A DNA stretch of 63,531 nt, counting the filler, from Choristocarpus tenellus KU-1152 (Eukaryota; Protista; Phaeophyceae): assembly GCA_964200185.2 (NCBI GenBank). It is 12 parts of 12 records of this genome, joined end to end, with 100 filler letters (N's around TTAATTAATTAA, not from the genome) between each part and the next. Parts side by side here need not be neighbours in the genome. Positions count along the whole stretch, not along the records: positions 10,523 to 14,505 come from CAXNAD020016807.1; positions 14,606 to 22,512 come from CAXNAD020005412.1; positions 22,613 to 25,443 come from CAXNAD020024363.1; positions 25,544 to 36,850 come from CAXNAD020002393.1; 8 more parts are not named here. One strand, given 5' to 3'. Below are positions 13,883 to 25,580 of this stretch, piece after piece (position 1 is the first letter of the stretch; each line of letters begins with the position of its first letter). The position numbers and the translations under genes are program-made. Under the pieces are notes generated by a model. It was not told where the DNA came from. It did not search any database and saw only the letters and a list, made by a program, of their open reading frames with translations.

Positions 13883-15498
13883 CTGCAAAAAAAAATTATA
13901 AATAAGTTATTTTTTTAAAAGAGAAGAAAAAAAAAGAAAAAGAAATGTGAACAAAAGAAATCTGTTGGAGCAACCACTTTCCAATCATTTCATTGTTCTG
14001 CATACATAAAATTCAATATATACATATATACGCATGTATCGGCCCAGTCAGCCAAACTACCCCGCAAGTTCTCACCAGCACACACAAACTGTACCACCGT
14101 CCCTTGCACAAGCTCAAAATCGAGCCAATGGGAGAGTTGAGTGAATGAGTTGCACAGCAGCAAGGGTTAGGGTTAGCAAGGAATGAAGCAAGAGCACCAC
14201 AACGGTCGACAGATCTATGGTTGGAAAAAGTGAGTCTCGCCTTCTATTTTCCCTACCAAGTTATACGTCAAATCAGAAAGAGAAAGAGCTTCCCGTGGTG
14301 CTGGATACCCGAGACTATTATCAAAAAAAAAAATCAATCTCCTCTTTGTTAACCTCTTCTACCTACGCACTAAAAAAATCCACTGCAGTTCTCTAAGGTC
14401 TGTAAGGACCGGTTGAGCTTTTTGCTCATCCCCCCCTCCTCCAATCCATACACACCCTCAACACCTGCGAGACTTTCGTTGGCACCCTTCCCCTCCCTCC
14501 CCTCCNNNNNNNNNNNNNNNNNNNNNNNNNNNNNNNNNNNNNNNNNNNNTTAATTAATTAANNNNNNNNNNNNNNNNNNNNNNNNNNNNNNNNNNNNNNN
14601 NNNNNAAAAAAAAAAAATAAAAAAAAAAAAAAAAAAACAAAGGAAAGATGAAAAAGAAAAAAAAAAGGAAAGGAGTTTGACCGAATTGATCCGGGCGCAC
14701 AAAAATGTAACAATAAACATAAATATATATATATCGAATAGTATGATCTGCAACATCCGGGTGGCAGAAGGAGAGAAAAAAAAGGAAACAATAAACACGC
14801 CTACTCAAGGAGTGCATGGGATTCAGCATGGGGGTTTATTTATTCTTTGTATGTGAATCAAGCCCTAAGCAGCATGAGCAACCAAGGAATCTCCCTCTCT
14901 CTCTCTCTCTCACGCACACATACACACATATACATATACATATACATACACATACACATACATACATATAGAAAGGATCACCCTGCACATAAAAAGATTC
15001 AGTCTCCACCAACAAATGCTCTGTAGCTATTCAACTGCCCTAATCCACTATTCAAACATACGAACCACGAAGGGGTGTTCAAATTCCAAGCGGCACCCAC
15101 GACTCAAACAATTTTTTATCATGCGTGCCTAAAAACATTGTGGGTATTTTCCTAGAAGTGGGGTGGTCGCGGAGTGGTGCTACACGCGAAGCAAGTAATA
15201 CCACCGACCAAGGCATGATAAAAAAAAAAAGGTGTTCACTCTAACCCTAACCCTAACCATAACCTGTACAAAAAAAAAAGAACATGTCACTGCAGGCATC
15301 ACACCACATTAGGAGTGTGTGCACAACCACAACCACCACCATCCCAACAAATAACCTGCTACCCTGCTACTCACACCAAATAAACATGATGAGGCGTTTC
15401 TTCCTCACAACTCATGCCAAAATAATAAGAAAAATAAATGCACAAACAACTATATTTATATATATATACTTGCACCAATGAACCGGATTCTTGTAAAG

Positions 15499-15612
15499 GC
15501 TTCCGATCAATGGAATGAACGACTTCCAACCAATGGAATGGACGACTTTCAACCAATGGGATGGACAAATTTCAACCAACGGAATGGGCGAATTTCAACC
15601 AATGGGATGGAT
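15499..15612. repeat. 23-bp minisatellite, about 5 copies
   Basis: Unit GA(A/C)TTTCAACCAATGGGATGGAC. Confidence 0.85.
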
Positions 15613-15861
15613 GTCGACAACCAAAACGCTACGCACCTTATTTATTTTCTTTTACGCCAGACACACTCTGCACCGCCAACCACACTACAAAACCCTAATC
15701 TACTTTCCTGCCCTGCAACCTCCACATGACCCCCCCTCCATTACCACCACCGCCGTCAACACTAATAATAAAAAAATACAATCACGTAGTACAATATTTT
15801 TCATAATTATTACTATTTTTATTATTATTATTATTATTATTATTGTTATTGCTGCTGTAAC

Positions 15862-18800
15862 CTTCTCACATGTGGGCAGAAGCCGAGGGAGGAACTCATT
15901 GAGAGCAGCCAGTATAACATCCCTCCTCCCGCTGTCCAGCTATAGGCATAATTGTCATCCATTGAACGAATTGGGACACATCGGGACACATCGGGACACA
16001 CGCGATACACCATGACAACAGAAAAGACACAACACAATCATCATCACCACCATGACCGCCTGCACTATCAATACAAAATCCTTCAAGGTTTGGACCGCTA
16101 ATTCAAGGACCACAGAGGGGAAAAGGTTGAGAGTTCCAAGATAAAACATACTAATATAAATAACAAATAGGGCAATAAAGTCAGCGACTATCATACCTTG
16201 CTGTGTGTGTCTGTTGTGTCTGTCTCCCAGAACTGAAGGTTCAACAGCCATACTGTACCAGAATTGAAGGTTCAACAGCCGTACTGTACCAGAACTGAAG
16301 GTTCAACAACCATACTGCACCAGAACTGAAGGCTCAACTGTCATACTGTACCAGAACTGAAGGTTCAACAGCTGTACTGTACCTTGCTGTTGAAGTCTCC
16401 ATCCATGCAGTCCTCGATCAGCTTTGACAACACCAGAAGGGCCAGCTCTGCCTGTGTTGGTCCAGTGGTCCAGGCCTTCAACATGAACAAAAACAAGGCG
16501 ACCACATGAGAACGGACGTACAAAGCCCACGCAACCAATCACAATCAATTACAACCAATCATAACCAATCACAATCAATTACAATCAATTACAACCAATC
16601 ACAATCAATTACAACCAATCACAATCAATTACAACCAATCACAATCAATCACAATCAATTACAATCAATTACAATCAATTACAACCAATCACAATCAATT
16701 ACAACCAATCACAATCAATTACAACCAATCACAACCAATCACAATCAATTACAACCAATCACAACCAATCACAACCAATCACAACCAATCACAACCAATC
16801 ACAACCAATCACAACCAATCACAACCAATCACAACCAATCACAACCAATCACAATCAATCACAATCAACCACAGAACAGTCAAGGTAGGAATTACAGCAG
16901 AATACATAGTAGGAACGTGATATTATGTATCTGATGGGCACAACTGAGAGGACAGAAAAAAAGAAAAAATCAGGCACACAAACAACACAACACAACACAA
17001 CACAACACAGATTTGGTTATCAATACGAAAAAATCATCGAGTCTGCAGGAACCAAAAGCGCATTGCTGGGGGTTAGAAGACACAAACCCTAACCCTAACC
17101 CTAAATCCTAACACTAACGCCAGCACGACCCCTATCCCCTAACGCTGGAGGCCATCAGTCTGGCACCTAGAGTACTAGACGGCTTTCAACAGTGGGTGTT
17201 GAAATTAAGGACCTTTCAACACTATCTTGGGGAAAAAAAAGGTAGTCGGAGAGGGAGAGGGTGCAGGGGAAGCAGGGCAGAGGGGGGAGAAGGTGCACTA
17301 ATAGGGCATAACAAGCAGCAGACAAGACATATCACACCAGGTGATGGTGAGACTTGAAAGCATGGAAAAGAAGGTAAGGAAATAAGAAGTCATGCATGTA
17401 CCTCCTTTCGCTGGATCAATTAACTACTATTACTACTATTATTACTACTATTACTGCTACTACTATTATTAATACTACTACTACTACTCCTATGCCTACT
17501 ACTACTACTACTACTACTACTGCTACTATCACTACCACCACTACTACTACTACTACTGTGACCATCTTGTAATAGTAGTAGTGATGCTAGAAATGACACT
17601 GCAATATCACCAAGGTCTAGGGTTAGGGTTAGGGTTGGGATTCTCCTCAAATACTGAGTTTGTCTGTGATAACAAATATTGCTACCGCCACACCAGGGCA
17701 TGCACCTATTACCACCTACTTTGAGTACAACTCAGCAGCCACGTCCTTCATCAATGATAGTGTTTTACATGCTAAGCAAAAAAGGAAACAATAAACATTC
17801 ACTCAGGCTTGAATGTATTCAGCGATAGCGAAAAGACTACACATCACATAGGTTGGTATCCAATCTGCCTTTAACCTTAGTGCTGAGATAGATAGATGCA
17901 AATACACCGATAATTATCAATGAGAGGCAGCGATAGGAGGCACAGAAGCAATAGCAGCTCTCTTGCAACAGTCAAAACACCTTTGAAATACCCCCCCAAC
18001 CATGGTTCCAGAGCAAGGGACATTCCACATCGCACAACACATACACCATGCAATAAAATGCATCAAGAGTCCACCCGCCCTACCTCCACACATATCAATT
18101 CTGTTAATGAGCGCATTCACTAGAAAAACCCACCCAACCCACCTGTAGAATCTTGTCCAAAAGGTCTTCCCAGCGCTCTGGGAACAGCCTTTCGGCCACT
18201 TGTGCAACAAGGTCTGCCACCTGCATAAACAGAAGAAGAAAAACGAGAAAAACCCATAGATGAAGTGTGCACATCACCATCATCTGGACAAATCAATCAC
18301 CTTACACTCAACTCTAGTATTCTAATTCATTTCGAGGAGGTTGGAGAGTGAGGGTGAATATTCCGTGATACAAGTTATGCAAGATAACGAGGGTCGCTGG
18401 AGCCCTAACACACAGATGCAGCCCATTCAACGCACATCAAGGTTACCAACCCCCTTCCATACAGCTTCCCTCATCAAAGCATCAAACATCGCCATAAACT
18501 GTAAGGTCGAGTGCTTCAAACTGCTACTCTGAGGGAAGAGCCCGTCACCTGGCTTGGCTTGGTCCAACAGCACTTTGCTAATTTACCAGAGAGTGGTTAC
18601 CTCCTCAGAGAGGCTTCTCTCCCAGCATACCAAGATAAGCAGTTGGTACCAGATGAGCAAAAACATATTTAACATACTATTATTGAGTAGTGCACCCTGC
18701 CTGTGATGCTCCAAACACTTGCTATTGTAGTAGTATCACATGGTGTTAAGATTCAAGTATGGGGGGTATAAGAGCATGCCAGGCCATTAATGGGACATGA

Positions 18801-20431
18801 GATCTCCCACCTTGGCCATACCTCCACAACAAGCACATCAACACACATACTTTGAGAGGACAATACTCCCTTTCATTCATCACTAAAAAGAAATAATTAT
18901 GTACCGTGCAGGGAGAATCACCAGCACGACATCAACCCCTTCCATAAATGAACACGCACTGCAGAGAGACAAACAAAGAATCACTAGTGGGACAACGCAA
19001 TCAAGTAACTGACAAATGAAAAATAAAATACACCTTGATCTTGATGAACTGGGCCTCCTGCCTCAAGTCCCTGGTTCCCTGCAACATTATCTCCAGCATG
19101 GCAGTCTTCAGTCGCTCCTGTTGCGCCTCGGATAGTCCTCCTTCTTGCCCAGAGCCCCCCCCCCCTCCATTACTAGAACCGCCAGCACCGCCAACTGCCC
19201 CTGAGCCCCCCTTTCCTTTAGAGGCACTATTTGCCGCTGGGGGTGCTTGTGGCTTCCACCTACGGGCCATCACGCTTTCTAGGCAGTGCAGGGCAAAGTG
19301 CCGCACCTTTCAATGGAATGATAAGGTAGATGGGGTGAGAAAGCTGGAACAGAAATTGCTCAAATATATCCTAGCGAGGTCAGCAGGCATTCGGAAAGGA
19401 CATTTGAGACAGGGTAACAGGGGTATTGATATCGGGTTCGATGGCGATATGTGGCTTGTGAGGTCATAGCGGCCACCAGGTCACTAATGGTGTGCTAAAA
19501 ACAAACGCATCTGGAACTAGGAGCTGGCAGGATTTAGGTGCAACATAAGGAAATTGATACTCCCGCTACAGAAATAGTGGCATCTGTATCCCCACTCACC
19601 ATTCACGCAGGGCATGACAATTCTGACCCCATTAGGTATGGTTGCAACATACTGGTCAAACCAAATATAGTAACAAGTTATCGATGTAGTTCTCATCGCT
19701 GCAGGCTGGAGTGCACACTAGCAGACTCTCCGCAAATATTGATCCAATCAGAAGGCAAAGTTGCCATGAGCATAACGAGGTGACCTCGCCCATACATCCA
19801 CATGTTTCGCTTAGTCTTGCATTTGCCACAAACTCATATCAGGATATGACATGAGGGATTGAAAAGTATAGTGACTTTAGAATTACACCAACCTGATCGG
19901 TATGCCTAGGTGAGGGCGTGGTGAGGATGTAGAGAGCATACTCTACACCATCCTCTCTGTCCTTGAATCCTTCCAGGGTGTAGAAGGCAACGGACCGTTC
20001 CTGGCTCAGCAATTACATGGATTGCATTATAAGACACCATTGTTGCGCAACGGGATCAACAAATCTAAGGTCCAAGTACCCCAAGCCAGTTCAAGGAGAT
20101 GAAATATGTCACTAGGACCACCACTACAATACCACAAAGGACTCTGCCTGCAGAGGCGGGTGATCGAAGATTGTTAGGGCGTGGACAAACGCTGTGCAAA
20201 CAAGACATACAGGTGCCGCAGTATGTGGGGTATCCATTGACTCGGATAGAAACAAGTCTGGTATTAGATTGTGATTGCCATATTTCTCACAATAGCTGTC
20301 TCTTTCGATCTACTACGATCAAGAAACAACGTGATCTAATCACGCCCCTGAGTTCTAACCTGTGATGTAGTTGTACCCCCATGAGCTTGCTCCACAGCTG
20401 ATAGAACTCTTTCGTAAAGCTCAAGATCCAT
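15862..20431 (-). CDS. XPO5: Exportin-5 (XPO5/Msn5/HASTY-like), first six exons: 20431-20360, 20000-19893, 19306-19034, 18220-18143, 16475-16383, 15939-15862; 3' truncated by contig end
   Basis: Spliced MDLELYERVLSAVEQAHGG..ERSVAFYTLEGFKD..VRHFALHCLE..RRW..FIKIK|VADLVAQVAERLFPERWEDLL..QAELALLVLSKLIED..RRDVILAALNE follows the importin-beta N-terminal/Xpo1 domain of exportin-5; all introns GT-AG, phase 0. Confidence 0.85.
16227..16382. repeat. 31-bp minisatellite, 5 copies, starting at the donor site of exportin exon 5
   Basis: Unit CCAGAACTGAAGGTTCAACAGCCATACTGTA. Confidence 0.92.
16532..16870. repeat. 10-bp tandem array, about 33 copies
   Basis: ACAACCAATC / ACAATCAATT variants. Confidence 0.95.
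17421..17557. repeat. (TAC)n microsatellite
   Basis: Imperfect TAC/TAT run. Confidence 0.9.
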
Positions 20432-21716
20432 ACTGGGCCCAAAGTCTCAGAGTTATCAATCGTGGTCTCCCTCTAAATTGAGGTGTGTTGTCTTATCTAC
20501 TCCTCCAGCACGGTCAACCCTCCGATTTCCAGTCGACGTCATGATTAGAGGATGTGTGGGTTTAGGTTGTCCCACCAATCTCCAAATGGGGAGAAGGGAC
20601 CATGACGAGACCTCTCCCCCTACTTGCAATTTTCGGAGGATGCGTACTGTCAAGGTGAATACTCTACCCTTTGGTCGATTTCCCATATCAGGATCTCGAC
20701 ATGTGTAGGAAAACAACATGACTGTAAGTCGGAAGTCGTAGTTCACTTGCACTTCACTTGAACACAAAATACCGACCCTTCCATATCACATCTCGTTACG
20801 TTACGTTAAACTAGCTTAAGCTGGCTACCGTCAAGCGCCCTGCTTCCGGTCTCCACATTGTCGACAATGGATAAAGCGTGGGTGCATTCCAGTTGGGTTT
20901 CCAGATCAAGACATAGAGTGCATCACCAAGACAGGACGCAAGCCGTTAAGGGCCCACGACAGCTGCAGTCGACAGACGGTGCAAGTTTGAAATCTGGGAT
21001 GGTCATGGCAAGTGAACAAGATCCAGCGAGACCACAGGGCATAAATGGAGAGGTCTTCGAAGAGACACATCTGGAAACGGGGCCTCAGATACCTGATAAG
21101 AATGTGAGCTTTATGACAATAGAGCAAATCCCAATATTTGATAAAGGTACTTTACCTTATTCTTGTCGCGGTCATTAGAGAGCTACCGAGCATCTGCCCA
21201 CTATGTTATAGTGAGTTCGACTGCCTTGTTAGATCTTCGTTGTGACGGAAGACAATCCGTCCCTTGCCCGGACTCTTGGTCGTACGGCAAACAGTTTGGT
21301 TGCTGTGTTTTGCTAGAATCTCTGTGGTCTATTTCGTTGCCTCTACCTAGCCGATGTTGTTGGTTTTTTATTGAAGGCTTTCTCTTTTATGATACTGTGC
21401 TTGACAAAATGCCCCTCGCGTCTTGGTGGCGTCACTTGTTCGTGATGTCCACTCTGCAATGATGAGTCTGTGGAGATCTTGTTGGAACCTTCTGGAGGCC
21501 GCACCCAACGTGCCGGAGTCCTCTGCTTGTGCTCTTGTCTACTAACATATTTTATTTGGTGCACAGAAACTAAAATACTTGGTCCTGTAGCGTTTGCTAT
21601 GTCAAAGAGTTAAGTGTGTTACGTTCTATTTTACCCCGAGGTACTTCAAATATCTTTTAACTTTCAGTCTTCTCATTCCAATTTCCGCACAAATTTCCCC
21701 TAATTTTGCAAACAAG

Positions 21717-21813
21717 GTCAATGTGGTTCTCACACATGTAACGGCGGACTTTGACAGTCTTGCAGCGGCGGTGGGATTGGCAAAATTGTGGAAGGATGAA
21801 ATGCCTGATCAAG
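21717..21813 (+). CDS. DHH-family phosphoesterase domain exon; an upstream N-terminal exon is likely at ~20815-21145
   Basis: VNVVLTHVTADFDSLAAAVGLAKLW = DHH motif I (H..ADxD); flanked by AAG| and |GTGAG; oriented head-to-head with the exportin gene. Confidence 0.75.
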
Positions 21814-22223
21814 GTGAGTGTACGTGCATGGGAAAAGAGAGAGAGTATCTAAGTTTGAACCACGAAGTATCAAACTGAGTCTTTTGATGACATAGCTGGT
21901 AGTCTAGGAGAAAGGGGAAGCCATTGGAACTGTGGGCAGGTGTGCAGGGTGCGTATCTACCCGTGAGAAAACATGTCTTTATTATTCCCAAGTCAGAGAG
22001 CACAGATTAGCTTGTCGATGTGCTCCAGTCTCCCTACTGTGATGCCACCGCACTGCACTCACCACATGTGCTCCAGCATGTCTTGCTGGAGTAGTTCTTC
22101 CATTGCAAGCACTTGCTAGGGAAGGCACACGTGTCCCTCTTTCTCTTGAACACCGAAGTTAATACCTCCTTGTGAAGCTCTGTTCTTAGCGACTACTTTT
22201 ACAGTACAGCATTCGGATTCTAC

Positions 22224-22269
<46 letters not shown>

Positions 22270-22700
22270 GCCTACAATGCCTACAATGCCGACAATAATA
22301 CTTGTTTGTTACCAAGCATGTTACTCTTCTCTCAGAACAGACTGTGGCCAAACCATCTCGCACAGTTGCGCAACTATTAATGTTCACCTTCCTCAACGCC
22401 GAATTCAACCTTTCAACCCCTGTAGTGGGTGCATCCCAGTCGCGTACATACGCAAGAGCAAAATCACCGCCTGGTATTCCTACCAGATCCTACCCGGCAC
22501 ACTCACGGCATTNNNNNNNNNNNNNNNNNNNNNNNNNNNNNNNNNNNNNNNNNNNNTTAATTAATTAANNNNNNNNNNNNNNNNNNNNNNNNNNNNNNNN
22601 NNNNNNNNNNNNGGTATAACGGTATATGGCATACGGCAATACGGTATAATAACAGACAAACATGCTTTCCACAAATTCTATTTTTAAAACTTCCAATTAT

Positions 22701-23163
22701 ATCAGCGTTTGTATTTTTGAAGATACCAAACACATACTTGATTGTTACTGTACATTTCCAATGTTCCGAAATAAACTTTGTTTCGTCCTTGGGCTATCGG
22801 TGGGACCACCCTTTCGATCCCACCGATCCTGAAAATCCGTGCGTTACATTTTTCAGAAGTTGTAAATCGGATTATATCCGTGATTTCTATTTTTTTTTTA
22901 ATCCAATTAGATCAGTGTTTGTATTTTTGTAAGATACCAAACACATACTTAGTTGTTATGGTACATTTCCAATGTTCCGAAATCAACTTTGTTTCATCCT
23001 CGGGCGATCGGTGGGACCACCCTTTCGATCCCACTGATCCTGAAAATCCGTGCGTTACATTTTTCAGAAATTTTAAATCAGATTATATCCGTGATTTCTA
23101 TTTGTACAAAATATAATTATATCAGTAGTGATTTGTATTTTTCAAGATATCAATCACATACTT
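22701..23163. repeat. ~210-bp tandem repeat, 2 full copies plus a partial third
   Basis: ATCAG.GTTTGTATTTTTG.AAGATACCAAACACATACTT recurs at 22701, 22911 and (degenerate) 23121. Confidence 0.92.
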
Positions 23164-23272
23164 AATTTATCTTGTATGTTTCCAATTTACAGTAACCAGG
23201 GTTAGTAAAAAAACAACCCCAACCCTCTATCTATGTATTTGAAGTACAAAATCTTACCGAATCGGACATGAT

Positions 23273-23822
23273 GAGTGAAAGTATCTTAGAGGGTATGATT
23301 TTTGCCCCGTTTGTCCGTTTGGGGCTTGGCCTCACACGTTCTTCAAAAATACATTTTTCCTACTCCGAGATATTTTAGAGTAGTAGTAGGTGAAATATTT
23401 ATTATGTTGTGAAAAGGTGTGTATGGAACAAGGATATTGACACTCCCTAACATACACAACAGCCAAAATTTAATGAAAATCGCAACATTGGAATTTGCCC
23501 CAAACAGACAACAAACAGAGAGCCAAAGTATCTTAGAGGGTAGAGTCGCGTCCGTTTGGGAGCCAAAATCCAACATTGTGTTTTGGACATAATTTTGGTC
23601 ATCTTGTTTGTTAGGAAGTATCAATGTCCATGTTCTGGACACAGTTTTTCGTAACATTTATTTATATTTTACCTACTACTCCAAAACATTTTGGAGTAGG
23701 AAAGTGTCACAAAAAACCCCACGGGAAGCCAAGCCTCAAATAATGGAGAAACAGGGCAAAACGCGTACCCTCTAAGTTACTTTCACTCAGACTCGACCCT
23801 AACCTCTAAGATACTTTGAATC
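23273..23822. mobile_element. Nested MITE family A pair: outer 23273-23822, inner inverted copy 23520-23788 with AGA duplication
   Basis: Four TIRs present; inner copy flanked by AGA|GAGCCAAAG...TTTCACTC|AGA. Confidence 0.9.
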
Positions 23823-24548
23823 ACATAGCGATTGTCATAAACGTGCAAGTCGATAATAAGAGTCGTTTTACCTAAAAGCACACACCACCAAGCACTTATT
23901 CCCTATGAGTCACTTTACACGTGTGTTAGGGTTTTAAAAAATACCAAACCCACTGAAAACCGTGCTTAGGGTTTTTTTAAATACCAAGAACGAACTTCAG
24001 GGGTCTCACACGTTTCCAATTTCACAAAATTTAAGAAGTCATTTCAACTGGTATCCACTATTTAAATAAACCTTAAATACACTTCTTGGCGTCTTTAGGG
24101 TTTAAATAAACACTAGATAACATAAAAAAGCGGATCTATCGTATTCCTGCTTGCTGGTAAGCAGTAATACAGTTGAACACTCAGAATATGTGCGGTAGGG
24201 TTTTTCCAAAAGTAGAATGGTATTATAATCTTTACACCAACAAATACAGATACAAACCACATCCTTCTTTGATCTCATAGTTCAAAACGTGATAGTAGGC
24301 CGAAAAGGTCACGAAAATACAGACACCCTCTGTCCCAGTTAATATGAAATCCTATGCTGTTTAATATTCGTATTTTTGTAACGCAATTCTCATAAAAAAT
24401 GGGCAATCTGAGTTTTGAGGATCGAAAGGTCAGACGACATAAAACAACACCTCCCATCCCTCAGTCCTCATTTCAATTCATTCCCTTCCATAGATACCAA
24501 GCGGACCTCTTACTTACCCATCCCCATCACACTAACCCAATCTTTGTC

Positions 24549-25443
24549 ATGTCGAACATTTCAAGAACAACAACCCACCCGCCCACCGATGGGAAAAGTT
24601 TGAAATCCAGAAGCCAGGACCTACCCCCTACTGGCATGTCCCAGCTACTGGATTAACATTATCTGGGGTCGTTTAAGATGAAGCTGGGACATATCACATG
24701 CAAAGATATGGTGCGTCCTTTGAGCGAGCGTGGCCTTGAGCGCGTGATGAAGTCAATAAATGTGAAAGGCTGGCTGGAACAGTTTGCCCCGAGTGTTGTC
24801 ATCCAGAGAGAAAGTTTAGGTGATATGGATCAACTAAACGCCAAAACGGCGCTTGCCATTGAAGGGCGAGTATTGGATGGAAACCATCGAGAACAGTGCT
24901 GAAGAGATTGTTTGATCTCGAGAACTCTTTCACCGTGCGAATCTACATGAAGTTCAACCAAGCAGAAGAGAGGCTAATTGCCAACGGTGGGTGATGGAGT
25001 GTTTTCGTTGTTCCATTATCGCCTGACCGTTCTGATCGACCAAGCGTCGAAGTAAGTTGAGTGTTTTCGTTGTGCCGTGATCACCTGATGACTATTCTGA
25101 TACACGAAGTTGTTGTCGAGTTTCCCTTGCTATGTTCATTGTCAGTCAGCCCATCGTGGATCTTTTATTTGCTCATCGTTTTTATCCCTCGTGGTATTCC
25201 TGTCCACAGCAACATGTTTCTCGGTGCCGCAGGCCACGTGTGTACCGCTATCGCTCCCCACCTAACCCTTGTCCCATTCGCCCACTGCACCGCTATGCTT
25301 ATAGTATTCAACGACGCGACAGAGAGTGTGGTTGAGTGCACGGCATACGATAAGATATATTTTCAGCACAAGCTCCAACAAGCTATCAAGCGACAGAGGA
25401 AGAATAAAGAAGTGTCAATAGGAGATATCCACAAAATGTACCA
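24549..25443 (+). pseudogene. Intron-containing ParB/Srx-like gene with an in-frame TAA (24654) and a 1-nt frameshift (~24890); truncated by contig end
   Basis: VRPLSERGLERVMKSINVKGW...RVLDGNHR/TVLKRLF...FNQAEERLIAN|VFNDATESVVECTAYDKIYF; phase-1 GT-AG intron 24987-25304. Confidence 0.6.
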
Positions 25444-25580
25444 NNNNNNNNNNNNNNNNNNNNNNNNNNNNNNNNNNNNNNNNNNNNTTAATTAATTAAN
25501 NNNNNNNNNNNNNNNNNNNNNNNNNNNNNNNNNNNNNNNNNNNTCCCCCACATACCCACATACCCATCCCCCTGTTGCAG

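Noticed and set aside
16227-16382. 31-bp, 23-bp and 58-bp repeat arrays as CRISPR arrays
   Set aside because: Units are head-to-tail with no unique spacers, no cas genes are present, and the context is eukaryotic intronic or intergenic DNA
16506-16934. 142-aa QSITTNHN-repeat ORF and other low-complexity ORFs (13492-13918, 17420-17701, 7810-8451)
   Set aside because: These are translations of intronic microsatellites or minisatellites with no coding evidence
15862-20431. All exportin-5 introns are phase 0
   Set aside because: Phase 0 is the commonest class, and other genes here have phase 1 and 2 introns
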